From Eledone cirrhosa (Eukaryota): a DNA stretch of 64,000 nt. Within the stretch, counting starts at the first letter, position 1; the number at the start of each line of letters is the position of its first letter. The DNA lies in assembly GCA_964016885.1 (NCBI GenBank), contig OZ024743.1, forward strand, positions 113,088,001 to 113,152,000. Reading direction: 5' to 3'. The position numbers and the translations under genes were made by a program. Below are positions 14,602 through 28,126 of the stretch, one piece after another. The notes beneath the pieces were generated by a model. The model saw only the letters and a list, made by a program, of their open reading frames with translations. It made no database searches and was not told where the DNA came from.

Positions 14602-15475
14602 AAGGAACAGATCAGCAGACTCTACCCCCAATCAAGATGGTATATCTCAGCTGTGCCCCATGGATCTCATGACAAAGGCATTGTTACATCAGCCACTCAA
14701 TGTTATAGGATTCCTTCCTTAGGCAGGACACACTCCTCCCAATTTTGCAGAGGAAAACAGCAGTTCAAAGAACAAGAAATTTCAACACTGACTAACCCCC
14801 AAAAGGACATGATTGATCAAGTCCCAGTATTTGACTGCATTCCTCCTCCACCCCACCCCTGCCTCGCATTGCAGGTGGTAGTGAGCAAAATGACAAGAAT
14901 GGAGGTGAAGACTGTATTGCAGCACATAGCATGTCACTAAAAATATCTCAAAATATTTTATAATATACAGTCCCACACTTGATAGCTGGAAAAACAGCCG
15001 GTAAATGATAACAATGATAATGATGATGATAAATTGTATAATGTAACTATCCTATAATTTTATCATTTTAATATCATCTCTAGAGAAAATATCATATCTA
15101 TAATTGCCACAACTGATACTTTTTTGTAGTTAAGCAAAGATTTTATATCGGAGGATATACATTCGGAAACTAGTCAGTAATTGCTCAGTTTGGGAGTTAA
15201 AACCTGCAATATCTATAAAGGTTGGTTCACTAATTAAATGAAGAAAACTGGCGGATATATATATAATTACTTGGGATCATTTCAGGAAAGTGATTTTAGA
15301 GCCAACCCACACATACACACGTGTGTGTGTGTGTGTGTGTATAATGACATAAATGTATATACGTATGTGTGAATATATGAGTATATATGTAAAGATATAT
15401 GTATATATATCTATGTATGTATATGTATATACATATGTATGTGTATATATATATATGTATGCTTATATATATATG

Positions 15476-15520
<45 letters not shown>

Positions 15521-15574
15521 GAAAAGGTTCAGGACCCCGACGGCAGAGCTCAAGCCGTTTCGACAGCTATTTCG

Positions 15575-15614
<40 letters not shown>

Positions 15615-15806
15615 GTATGGATGTATGTATCTATATATATAGAATTAGAATTTAGCTTCGAGCATAGCTTTATACAGATATGTATTGAATTTCATATTTC
15701 TAAAGAAATACACTATGTTTATAAATAAACATTTAGAAAGCTGTAGCTATGCAAATACACCGGCAGATATCGCCACCTGGCGGTGTCCAGCAGAAGCAAG
15801 GGGGAC

Positions 15807-15852
15807 AATCGTCGATGCATTTCGAACTCAACTGGTTCTCATCAAAATGATC
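15807..15852 (-). ncRNA. Hammerhead ribozyme, degenerate copy of the 11924 family
   Basis: Minus strand: gatcatt TTGATGA gaac cagttga gttc GAAA tgca TC gacgatt (C3 changed to U). Confidence 0.6.
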
Positions 15853-15967
15853 TCTCCCGCTCTTGCCACTGCTGGACTTAGGCGAGAATATATAGTTTTC
15901 TCATCCGTGTAAATTTGGTGATTAATCTCATTTGCATATGAAGCTATGCATATATGTATGTATATAT

Positions 15968-16506
15968 CAGTGGCGAAGGGTAACCTGGAAAGCAGGGCAT
16001 GCAGTCCAATCGCCATGGTGGAAAGTGGGGCTGTGCAGCCCCCACCCCTCCCCCCTCCTCCCCATTCCCTCTAAATGACCCTTCCGGTCAAAGCCGCATG
16101 TAGTGTTATCTAGTGTGTGTGTTATCTTTTTATGTGTCTACGATTTAGTAAGCAGCCAAAATTCTGCTTCGTTCGACCGACGCTGTCGTGTGTTTGTGTG
16201 TATGTGTGTGTGTTTTCTTTTTATGTGTCTACGATTTAGTAAGCAGCCAAAATTGTGCTTCGTTCAACCGACGCTGTCGTGTGTTTGTGTGTATGTGTGT
16301 GTGTTTTCTTTTTATGTGTCTACGATTTAGTAAGCAGCCAAAATTGTGCTTCGTTCAACCGACGCTGTCGTGTGTTTGTGTGTATGTGTGTGTGTTATCT
16401 TTTTATGTGTCTACGATTTAGTAAGCAGCCAAAATTCTGTTTGCTTCAACCAACGCAATTGATCAACTCAAGATTCTATAACACATGCACGCACCATTCG
16501 CCCCTG
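15968..16506. mobile_element. hAT-like MITE carrying a 91-bp tandem repeat (~3.7 copies)
   Basis: Termini cagtggcgaa / ttcgcccctg. The motif gtctacgatttagtaagcagcc recurs at 16136, 16227, 16318 and 16409. Confidence 0.6.
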
Positions 16507-16598
16507 ATGTATATGTATGTAGGTATATGTATGTATGTATATGTATATATATGTATATGTATATGTATATATATATGTGTGTCTGTGTGTGTGTATGC

Positions 16599-16668
<70 letters not shown>

Positions 16669-16796
16669 ATGTATGTATATGTGTATATAAATGTATATGT
16701 ATATATATGTATGTATGTATATGTATATATGTATATGTATGTATATGTATATATATGTATATGTATATATATATATGTGTCTGTGTGTGTGTATGC

Positions 16797-16844
<48 letters not shown>

Positions 16845-17063
16845 ATGTATGTATATGTGTATATAAATGTATATGTATGTATGTATGTATATGTATATGT
16901 ATGTATATGTATATATGTATATGTATGTATATGTAAATATATATGTTAATGTATATATATATATATATATATACATACATACACAGAAACACAATCACGT
17001 AGAAAAACATATATACATATATAAATATAAATGCATGCAGATATTGTCATTAATAGATAAATA

Positions 17064-17459
17064 AAAGGGCGGTGGATTGGCAGTATCGGTAGAGGGTCGG
17101 ACGCCATGCTTCCCAGCATAGTTACGTCCCTTTACGATCTGAGTTCAAATCCCGCCGAGGTTAACTTTGCCTTTCATCCTTACGGGGTCGATAAAATAAA
17201 GTACCAGTAATGCACTGGGTAATTGCTGGCCTTGTGCCTAAAGTAGAAACAATTAATAGATAAATAATACTTGTTTCTACTTTAGGCACAAGGCCAGCAA
17301 TTACCCAGTGCATTACTGGTACTTTATTTTATCGACCCCGTAAGGATGAAAGGCAAAGTCAACCTCGGCGGGATTTGAACTCAGATCGTAAAGGGACGTA
17401 ACTATGCTTGAAAGCATGGCGTCCGACCCTCTACCGATACTGCCAATCCACCGCCCTTT
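17064..17459. mobile_element. Tail-to-tail inverted pair of SINE family A copies
   Basis: The + copy 17064-17252 and the - copy 17271-17459 are near identical. Confidence 0.92.
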
Positions 17460-17879
17460 AATAGATAAATAATACTGCATCAGTGTTATAGTTGGAGCTA
17501 GAATTATATCCAGTGATATTATTATATGAGCCCACCCAATCTGAAGTAGTTTGCAACATCTGGTAGGGGGTTTTTAAGGAGATCTTCAAACAGCCACTCC
17601 CTGATTTCAATTGACTGATAAAAACGAGTGCCAATGCTTAGAGGGATATTTTCCACGGATGATATTTCATCACCTTAACCAGCATCATTATAATTAACCT
17701 CATCAAGTGATATACAAACTTGCAACATTAACATTTAGCATATACTCAAATGGGTTTCTTTAACGCCTTAAAGAAGCAGGAGATCTCTATCTGATTGAAG
17801 AGAGAACCTCTATCTGGTTCCTTGACCTGCTAAATATAGCTGCCAAATCTTTCTCAAATAACACCATCCAACACCAATT

Positions 17880-18108
17880 TTAACACTTTAGCATTTACAT
17901 TACCCTATATTTATTATTATATTTTCATAGTAAAGGCTTTATCTCACATAATTATTTCACATAATATTGAATCTACGAGATTTTAATATTATATATTTTG
18001 AGAACAATACCTTAACATCAGCATGAACAGCTGATTACAGCTGGTTTGAACAGAAAGAGGTCAGAGAATTCTGGCTGGATATGGCCGGTTTAAATGCTAA
18101 AGGGTTAA
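17880..18108. mobile_element. piggyBac-type MITE (family P)
   Basis: TTAA-flanked with TIR (c)cctttagcattta / taaatgctaaaggg; ~225-bp body shared with five other loci. Confidence 0.85.
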
Positions 18109-18487
18109 AGAAGAGGAGATCTTTATCTAATTGAAGAGGCGATCTCTATCTGGCTGCTTGATCTGCTAAATATAGCTGCCAAATCTTTCTCAAATAATTT
18201 CATCCAACAACAATTTTAAACCATTTGATACCAAGAAAAAAATATTATTTGATGGGGTGTTGTTACCTTGGTGACGGTCACAAAACAGCATTGCACTGTG
18301 TCATCCCTTCACCTCACACACTTCCAGCATCAAATGCCTTCTTTAACAGATTGGTTATTTTCTAGAATGCTTTGCTGTATTTATTCAGGGTCTTTGCACT
18401 CTTAGTTCAAATCACACTGAAGTCAACTTTGACTTTCATCTTTCCAGGGATGATAAAATATAGTACTGGTTCAGGACTAGGATTGGT

Positions 18488-18594
<107 letters not shown>

Positions 18595-18959
18595 CTCCAG
18601 TTATGATGATGATGGTAACGACATCGGAATGATAACAATAATGACATCAGAAAGATGTTAAATGGTGATTATGGTGATGATGATGATAATGACCTTGAAA
18701 AGATGAAAGCCAAGATTGACCTCAGAATGCAAGAAGCCAAAATATAAGCTGCAAGACATTTTTCTTGACATAAGCTTTGGGAGAATCAGTAGAGCAGTGG
18801 ATTTTGCCCTTCATCCTTCTGAGATGGATAAAATAAATACCAGTCAAGTTCTGGTATCAATGTAATCTCCTGCTTCAAATTTCTGGCCTTCAAGCTATGT
18901 TAGAAATCATTAACAATTGGTGAATATTGCAAAATTGTCAGTAGTGGACTTCGATATAC

Positions 18960-19410
18960 CAGTTACGTAATGAGGTCACCCATATAATCAACTGTTATCT
19001 CCCTTTCCCCCCAATCTTTTGGCTTGGCAAGTACCATTCGGAAGTACCATTCACAAGTACACATATGCACCAAGGAGCACATGATGAGAGTTTCTTCTGT
19101 TAAAAAACATCTTGACAGATGCCGCAGCCAAGGCAGTGAGCTCACCATAGAGGCGACAGAAAGGAATATAGGCAATTTAAGTATCAAAGAAGCCATTATC
19201 ATTAACTGTAAAAAAGAAAACACAGATAAATAATAGATTAGAAATGCATGAGGCAGACTGGTTACTATAACAATTTCATGCATGCGTATTATGGACACAT
19301 AAAGGAAGAACACATCAATTGTTTGTTTTGTGTTGAACTGTTTCAGCTCCACATTTGAAAAGAGGGTATTAACCTTGAAATATCATGTTGAAATACACTG
19401 AGTAAAACAT
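18960..19410 (+). mobile_element. Decayed PLE GIY-YIG 3' fragment
   Basis: STIRKYHSQVHICTKEH...SVKKHLDRC...TERNIGNLSIKEAI is homologous to the GIY-YIG at 2400-2600. A degenerate hammerhead-like motif lies at about 19357-19390. Confidence 0.65.
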
Positions 19411-19566
19411 TACTTTGTTTTGTTTTATTTGTCATCATTTGCACTTTGTATTTTTCTACCACATTGTACCAAAAATTATCGGTCTTTTATTACATATCTC
19501 ACAATGCTTTGTATTAAATACACTACTTTATATGCTATACAGTATATATACATGTATGTGTGTATG

Positions 19567-19641
<75 letters not shown>

Positions 19642-19692
19642 ATGTATATATATATATATATATATATGTTTATACATATGTGTATGTATGTA

Positions 19693-19770
<78 letters not shown>

Positions 19771-19920
19771 AGTGTATACATACGTACATGTGTATATGTA
19801 TGTGTATGTATATATGTATGTATATATGTATATAAACATATTGATGCTCCATTAATACCTCGTTCCTATTTCTTACATGTATATGTATATATGTGTATGT
19901 ATGTGTTCAAGTATGTATAT

Positions 19921-20005
<85 letters not shown>

Positions 20006-20275
20006 TATTATTTCTTTCTATGTGATATCAAATAACCAAACATTGCAACTAATGTACAGTTAGTTATAGGACATTACTAAAAGTCAATTTATGTTGTTTT
20101 GTTTTTTGGTTTTGAAAGGGTTTTTTGCCTGGGTTTGGGAGGATGAAGACTACAGCCCAACAAGGGCTAGAAATTCTAGAATTGAGTGCTAGGAAGTGAA
20201 ACATACTTCTCCCCTCTCCCTAGAAATCATGGCTTATATCAGTAATTTGATCCCTTTAAAAAAATTAAAAATATA

Positions 20276-20325
<50 letters not shown>

Positions 20326-20337
20326 TACATGTGTATA

Positions 20338-20369
<32 letters not shown>

Positions 20370-20443
20370 CAGATACATGTGTATATATATATATATATAT
20401 ACAGATATATGTGTGTGTATATATATATATACAGATATATGTG

Positions 20444-20477
<34 letters not shown>

Positions 20478-20747
20478 ATTTCATGTGTATGTGAATGTGT
20501 GATTGTATACATATGTGTATATGTGTATATGTGTGTGTATATATACAGTATAATTTCATTTGACAGTAAGCAGATGATGTAGTTTATTCTGGTCCTATAA
20601 TGGCAAATGACATATATGTATTATACCTACAGGGTTTATAACCTATTTATCTTTGAAATGGTATTGGTTGGCTGGCTGGTTAACTGGTTGGCTGGTCAAT
20701 TGGTTGTTTGATTAGTTAGGTTGGATAGCTGTTAATTTGTTGGTTTG

Positions 20748-20976
20748 TTAACCCTTTAACAATTAAACCAGCCATATCCGGCCAAAATTCTCTCACCTCT
20801 TTCTATTCAAACGAACTGTAACCGGCCACTCATACCGATGTTAAGGTATTGTTCTCAAAATAAATAATATCAAAATCTCGTAGATTCGATATTATGTGAG
20901 ATAATTATGTGAGATAAAGCTTTTATTGTGAAAATACAATATTAAATATAGAGTAATGTAAATGCTAAAGGGTTAA
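20748..20976. mobile_element. piggyBac-type MITE (family P) inside a (ggttggtttgttaat)-type minisatellite
   Basis: TTAA-ccc...ggg-TTAA with the same body as the other copies; the minisatellite spans about 20660-21250. Confidence 0.85.
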
Positions 20977-21389
20977 TGGTGGTCGGTTAGTTTGTTAGTG
21001 GTGGCTGGCTGGTTTGTTAATGGTGGTTGGTTGGTTTGTTAATGGTTATTAGTTAGTTTGTTAATGGGGGTTGGTTGGTTTGTTAATGGTGATTAGTTAG
21101 TTTGTTGGTTTGTTAATGGTGGTTGGTTGGTTTGTTGGTTGGTTAATGTTGGTTTGTTAATGGTGGTTGACTGGTTTGTTAATGGCGGTTGGTTTGTTTA
21201 TTAATGGCGGCTGGTTGGTTTGTTAATGGCGGTTGGTTGGTTTGTTGATAGTTGTAACACAGAATATTTTAAATTTTTACAAGCTAGCAGACCAAGACAA
21301 TATAGGACAGTGACTATTGCTGTGAAAAACAGAGCAGCAATGTGATTGGCTGTTTTACTGTATTTCTTTCAGAGTTTCTGTGTTTTGGT

Positions 21390-21624
21390 TTAACCCTTAT
21401 GATACAGACCTGTCCAAAAAACCAATTCTGGTTCTATGAAGCAAAACCACACATTTTAAAAAGTTTTTATTTAAATTAAAATCTTTCACATAATTTTAAA
21501 CAAGGACCACTTGTTAAGTTACTATATTAGCAATTAAATAATTAACAGTTTCATCAAATCTTTCAAAAGTCATCTTAATTAACTGAAATAAATTTCATTA
21601 GAAATATGGTCCCAAAAGGGTTAA
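21390..21624. mobile_element. Related TTAA-flanked MITE
   Basis: ttaaccctt...aaaagggttaa termini with a different body. Confidence 0.55.
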
Positions 21625-22999
21625 AATCTCATAAAGAGAGAGAGTTACTTCAGCTTTCATCCTCTATACTCTTGTTTAAAACACGTACCAGTAAAATACT
21701 GTGTCAGCATATTTATCTGTGTACTTCTGTGTTAAGGAGCACAGACATGCATGGCTGGGCTCTTCACTTTGCAAATACATAGTCTCAAGTTGTATTGCTG
21801 TGCATGGCACCAAGACCTGAAACTCACCAATGCCTCATGAATGAGCAGCAGCAGCAATAATAACAGTAGCAGCAGCAACAACAACAGTATGTATGTGTGC
21901 ATGTGTTTGTGTATATATTTGTGTGTGTGTGTGTGTCCGTGCATGTGTGTGTGTGGTTGTGTGTATGTGTGTGTGTGTGTGTGTGTGAGTGTCCATATTC
22001 CTCTGAGTGTTTTTGTGCAGCATGTATGTGTGTGTTATATGCATGTGTGCAGACCTGCCAACCTCTGAAAACCCAAACGGGAAGTACCATGAAAAAAAAG
22101 TGCCCCAAAATGGAGAGAAATGAGGCAAAATGGGGAGATTTTATATAATGAAAGCTATACCCATTTTCACAAGAGAAGACATCTTTCACCCACCCCAAAG
22201 TGGGTGGGAGATCTTCTTGTCAGATGGGGAGAGTTGACAGGTCTGTGTGTGTGTGTGTGTGTGTGTGTTTATTCACAGCAGTAGCAGTGAAAAGTCAGAT
22301 AAAATATATTCCAGTGTGTTGACCTACTCCACTATGTTCTTGGAGTTTCAAATCTCCCATCCAGTGCGGGGAGGGTTAAACAAACTTTAACTTTTCCTCT
22401 AAGTTGGGTGGAGAGGTGGGGAGAACAGTCTGATAAAATAATTAATAGTTCAGGAAGCCAATTCAATCAATTTTACCCACCACCACAACAACCCTCATCC
22501 CAACCTCATACAAATTAATGGCTTCGTGCCAATATGAGAAATTATTTTTATTATCATTCTTATTCTACATGTTATTATTATTAATATTATTATTATTATA
22601 ATCAACACTATCATCGACATATCATAATTATTATTTATATGATCACCACTATTATTATTATTATTAATTATTTACTGATTTATATCTCACAGGGCCAAAG
22701 GTATTTAACTGTTAAGTTGCCTGAGGGTTTATGTCTGATTACAAAACCAAATTTCTAAAAAAACATATAACACAATCTGTCACTCTTTAAGCTTCCATAA
22801 AATGTTACCTACAACTACATATATATATGGAACTGTAACTCTCAACAGTCATAGGGATCTGTAGGGACTTAGAAAATTTGATGCAATTCATTTCCTCTCC
22901 AGGTCTGAACACAACCAATTTCTTTCAGAGGAGAGAGGAAGGCAGTTGGCCACAGTTTGCATATATGGACCATAACTCCTCATGGAATTGTAGAGTATT

Positions 23000-23230
23000 T
23001 TAACCCTTTAGCATTTACATTACTCTATATTCATTATTGTATTATCATGGTAAAGGCTTTACCTAACATAATTATTTCACAAAATATCAAATCTATGAGA
23101 TTTTTATATTATTTATTTTGAGAACAATACCTTAACATAAGTATGAGCATTCGGTTATGGCTGGTTTGAACAGAAAAAGGTGAGAAAACTTTGGGGCCGT
23201 ATACGGCCAGTTTAAATGCTAAAGGGTTAA
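23000..23230. mobile_element. piggyBac-type MITE (family P)
   Basis: ttaaccctttagcattta ... taaatgctaaagggttaa. Confidence 0.88.
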
Positions 23231-23575
23231 ACCTGGGAGAGCCCATTTTCTCTCAAGGTCTGAAGACAACCAATTTCTTTCAGAGGAGAGAGAGTCGACC
23301 ACAGTTTGTATATATGGACCCATAACTCCTCATGGAATTGTAAGTGTGCCATAGTGACACAGTGTATCATTCGATGTCTGAAGACAACCATATTTGTCCA
23401 GAAAAAGTGAAAAAGAATGATAGAGATATAGTGGAAGAATCAACTCCTGTACAGGACTTGAACCTTTTTTTATTGATCAGAAAAAGATGAAAAACAAAGT
23501 TGACCTTGGTGGGTTTTGAACTCAGAGTGCAAAGTGCAAAGCATTCTATTTAATGTTCTAAAACCTTTATACATA

Positions 23576-24108
23576 TAATTGTTTCTACTTTTGGCACAAG
23601 GCCAGCAATTACCCAGTGCATTACTGGTACTTTATTTTATCGACCCCGTAAGGATGAAAGGCAAAGTTAACCTCGGCGGGATTTGAACTCAGAACGTAAA
23701 GGGTCATAACTCTATGCTGTAAAGCAAGGTGTCTGACACTCTACCGATACTGCCAATTCACTACCCATAAAATAATAATTGTTTCTACTTCTGGAACAAG
23801 GTCAGAAATTACCCAGTGCATTACTGGTACTTTATTTTATCAACCCCGTAAGGATGAAAGGCAAAGTTAACCTCGACGGGATTTGAACTCAGAACGTAAA
23901 GGGTCATAACTCTATGCTGTAAAGCAAGGTGTCTGACACTCTACCGATACTGCCAATTCACTACCCATAAAATAATAATTGTTTCTACTTCTGGAACAAG
24001 GTCAGCAATTACCCAGTGCATTACTGGTTCTTTATTTTATCGACCCCGTAAGGATGAAAGGCAAAGTTAACCACGGCGGGATTTGAACTCAGAATGACAA
24101 GGGCCGTA
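23576..24108 (-). mobile_element. Three tandem SINE family A copies (third lacks its head)
   Basis: ~200-bp head-to-tail units joined by ctacccataaaataataatt. Confidence 0.9.
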
Positions 24109-24488
24109 TGCAAATATACACAACTGCCTTTACAGATCGTTCATCTCTGTGTCATCCTTCATCATTTTATATCAACTTGTCCATGCTGGGTTGGGTTAGG
24201 TTATAAGTGTGTGTGTGTGTGTGTGAGTGTACATATATGTCTGAAGATGTATTGTAATTGCATAATAATGTCATTGTGTAATAAAAGTTGATACCTCAGA
24301 AATGTATATAAGAATGAATTACCTAACAAAATGAATTATGGAAAACTTTACTTTCTATTTATTATTATTATTATTCAGTGGATTGGCAGAACCGGTAGAG
24401 CATCAGACACCATGCTTTGTAGCATTCTTGTGGCCCTTTACGTTCTGAGTTCAAATCCCCCCAGCTGGATGGCTGAACAGGTAAAAGA

Positions 24489-24522
<34 letters not shown>

Positions 24523-24626
24523 CAAGAGGGTGTGGTAAGGTACCAGGTGGACCATAACACACCAGAGTACTCAATACTTAGGGTAGTAGAGTTCAGCCGT
24601 TGGATTCCTGACTTTTTTCATATATA

Positions 24627-24657
<31 letters not shown>

Positions 24658-24857
24658 TTATTAAAATAACAGATTAAAGTTTAAGCAAAGAATCGCTGCT
24701 TTCACCCTTAACAGGATCTTCTGAAACTAACAAAGTCAATCTGTAAACGCAGAAGTGAATATTTCAAAAAATATTTGCTCTAAGGTTCTTATATATTTTA
24801 TATATATTTATCCTTATCAAGCCCTCTTTGAATTTTAGTCTTCAAATTTATTATTAT

Positions 24858-24902
<45 letters not shown>

Positions 24903-24907
24903 TATAG

Positions 24908-25020
24908 ATGAGATTCTACAGGACTAGAACTGTTTCATTCTTTAGAAATCATCAGGAATCCTGATGAGATTCCTGATGATTTCTAAAGAATGAAACAGTT
25001 CTAGTCCTGTAGAATCTCAT
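24908..25020. ncRNA. Inverted pair of type I hammerhead ribozymes
   Basis: + strand: atgagattc CTGATGA tttctaaagaat GAAA cag ttctagtc ctGTA^ gaatctcat. 24908-24960 is the reverse complement of 24968-25020. Confidence 0.82.
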
Positions 25021-25384
25021 ATATATTAAAACTTTTATACTCTGCAATGTATTGAGTACCTTACTTACTGTGGTTACCTCCAATTCAACCCGGAATAACG
25101 TACCTATATATATATATATATATATACTCATCACCATCATCATGTTTCTGCCAATGGCTCTATTTTTCTCAGAACTCTCTTTCATATATGCATATATTTA
25201 TGCAAACACACTCGCTCACTCACACACATTCTCTTTTACATATAAATATACTCACACACACACACACTCACACACTGAGACATACATACAAACTACAAAC
25301 TTTACATTTAACCATTAAGCACTGTACAAAAACATTTAGTTAAATACATGAATACAATTATGATGAGGTAGCATCATTATCAAA

Positions 25385-25570
25385 ATAATTGTTTCTACTA
25401 TTGGCACAAGGCCAGCAATTACCCAGTGTATTACTGGTATTTTATTTTATCGACCCCATAAGGATGAAAGGCAAAGTTAACCTCGGCGGGATTTGAACTC
25501 AGAATGGTCAGGGCCGTAACTCTATGCGTCAAAGCATGGCATCCGACCCTCTACCGATACTGCCAATTCA
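25385..25570 (-). mobile_element. SINE family A
   Basis: Full match to the other copies. Confidence 0.9.
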
Positions 25571-26085
25571 CAAAATAATAATTTGATGCCAGTGCAACGG
25601 AAACACTAAAACAATGAGAGAAAGTTTTATCATATATATATATGATGATAGTAATGTTAATGGTGGTGGTAATGATGGTAGTTATGGTGGTGGTACTATA
25701 GATGGAGAGGGAGCTGGTGATGGCACTCATGATGATAATGGTGGTGTCCAGTGGGAGGGGAGGGGGGGCGTGCTTGAAGTGATAGTGATGTGCTTGAGGT
25801 GGTGGCGGTGATGCTGATGAGATGATGGTGAGGGTGACAAAGATGGGAGATGTTATTGGTAAGTGTTGGTGATGGTGAATATGGTGGCGGGGATGAGAGG
25901 TTAGGGATGCTGATGCTGATGGTGAAGCTGATGATAATGGTAGTGGTGGTGGTGGTGCTGCTGCTGCTGGTGGTAGTGCTGTTGCTGCTAATGATGATGA
26001 TAATGGTGGTGGTGGTGGTAGTGGTGGCAGTGATGATGACACAACCAAACAATCCCAAGCGATTCTTCAATAAACATTTACTAAC

Positions 26086-26118
26086 TTGATTCTCTTCCAC
26101 TAATTGTAGATATTTTGT
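26086..26118 (-). CDS. Candidate 33-nt internal exon (TKYLQLVEENQ) of an unidentified host gene
   Basis: Minus strand: tgttttccttcag|ACAAAATATCTACAATTAGTGGAAGAGAATCAA|gttagt; open in phase 0. Confidence 0.3.
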
Positions 26119-26519
26119 CTGAAGGAAAACATTTATTACAACATTCTGCTGTGCAGATAAAATTTTAACCAGTAAAATGTCTGCATTCATTCAGATTGTA
26201 ATTTATCTAATAAATGATTTAACCTTTATTGATTTAGAATAAGGCAGTCGATTGTCAGATAAAATGCCTTGCCATATGTGTCTAGCTCTTCACATTTTGT
26301 GTTCAGATCCTACCAAAGTCAACTTTAACTTCCATCCAACTAAGGTTGATAAAGTAAAGTACCAGTCATATACTGAATCAATTTGATTACTAATTTGTTT
26401 CAGTATGTAATCTTTAAACAATGTACAGTCAAACTCACAATTTCTTAAATGTCTTTTGCAGTTATGAAAACAAAAAAGGAAGGTGTAAAGGCAAGGGTTC
26501 TTGGGTCACAGAAGAATGG

Positions 26520-26862
26520 GAAGGGGAGGGTAATGGGCTTTAGGGTTAGGGTGCCCCACGGACAAGATGGCAAAAGCATTCCCACAGACAATGGTCTCTG
26601 ACACCCGCTGCAACAGCCACCCCACTTTGCAGGCGTCCTTCCTCAGACGGGCTGCTGACATTCCGATCTTGCAGAGGAGCTCAGCAGTACGGGGTCCAAG
26701 TATGCCCGAAGTTTCAACAGTGACTGGTGCGAAGAGGAAGCAGCCAGACAATCCCCGGTATTTGTTTATCTTCCTTTCCTCTGCATTGCAGGCTGTGGTA
26801 CTGGGATTTGTGGCTGAAGTGACTAAGTTGGAGGTGGACGTGTCACAACATGTGGTGTCCTA
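26520..26862 (-). mobile_element. 3' fragment of a CRE-like RLE non-LTR retrotransposon
   Basis: FAPVTVETSGILGP...WLLQRVSETIVCGNAFAIL (RLE C-terminus). Confidence 0.8.
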
Positions 26863-27129
26863 AAATTACTCCTAAAAACATCCAATAACTTTAATGTCTA
26901 TTCTTATTGGATCAGTAAAATTAAACTATAATTCAACTCCAAGCTTTAATAAAAGATGGAAGGGTGCTACACTATAAGAGCTACTGAGAAAGAAACCTCT
27001 TATTATATGTTACTAACATCTGCAATTATACAAGAAAAACTGGATACTGGGCACCCAAATTTGTACCAAGAAGTAAGAAATACAAAGGAAAAAATACCCA
27101 GCAAGGAGAGAATTGACTGGTTTAATTGG

Positions 27130-27385
27130 TTGAGTTAACCATTTACATTTATGGGCATGTGATTAGAATGTCTCAGGAAAGAATCACTGGATAGATTTTA
27201 TGGGCAAAACCAACTGGCAGGAGATCCCGAGCAAGATGGTTGGATAACATCCATGAGCTTGACTGGTCTTGCTTGGGGATCTAGTCAGATCAGTTGGAGA
27301 TGGTTGCTTCTGACAGGACCCACTAGAAGTGTTTGAGGACTCTGCCGCCATGACCCTCTCAGGAATAAGTGGGCGAAGAAGAAAA
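27130..27385 (+). mobile_element. RTE/Expander 3' end fragment
   Basis: ggcaaaaccaactggcaggaga...ggataacatccat...gaccctctcaggaataagtggg(gaa)n; homologs at 59430-59680 and about 60140-60170. Confidence 0.6.
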
Positions 27386-28126
27386 GTTAACTATTTTGTT
27401 ACCATATTTCTAATTAAAGACACTGTCTATAATTTTCAAATAATTTTCAAACATTTTGAGTAATTTATGATAGAGATATAATTTTCTTGCTATTATGCTG
27501 ATGTTTTGAACAAAATTTAACAAAAGTTCTCATAGAATTATGATGAAAGATTTTTAGAAAATATAAACATTTAAAAACAAACAGCTTTGTATTGTTAAAC
27601 CAAGGTGGGTTTTGAGCAGTTTGGTATTATAAGGATTAAAATATTTTAAGCAGTTTTGACCTTTCTTTTAGTTTATTGCAACTATATTGAGCTGAGAAGC
27701 TCCTCCCACTTCAGATTACAAATGTCTATTTATTGTAAGTGTTATTCTTTTATTCTTTGATCTTGTGTAATTCCTAACATAGGAACATAACATAGTATTA
27801 GTTCTAGATGGAATCTTATCTGTCCATATTTATTCATTCTTGTAATGTTTACCAAACTTTAGTTTGCTCATGTTTATTCAATTTTCAACTGTTACTAACA
27901 TGAAATTACAACAACTTCAAAATAGAGTAGTTTACTACAGGGAAGTATTTAACATAGCACAAGGCTAGAAATTTGGAAGAAGGGGGTAGTTGATTAATTC
28001 AACCCTGCTACTTAACTGGTACTCAATAATGGGGTTGATTAAATAAACTCTGGTACTGACTAGTACAGAGTAATGGGTTGTTTGATTTAATTGACTCTGG
28101 TACTTAACTGGAACTCAATTAGTCAA

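Noticed and set aside
14569-14940. 123-aa ORF
   Set aside because: Starts inside a SINE and has no recognisable domain; possibly very decayed TE sequence.
15533-15575. GAAAC-ggc..gcc-GTC half hammerhead on the minus strand
   Set aside because: The CUGANGA half is replaced by (TA)n, so it is a truncated remnant only.
16110-16450. CRISPR-like regular repeats
   Set aside because: The units are wholly repeated with no unique spacers, there are no cas genes and the context is eukaryotic.
25551-26089. Pro/His/Thr-rich ORFs
   Set aside because: Degenerate (GGT/GAT)n simple repeat.
26540-26551. TTAGGG x2 next to a CRE-like 3' end (telomere targeting)
   Set aside because: Only two units, and the homologous position at about 39745 lacks them.
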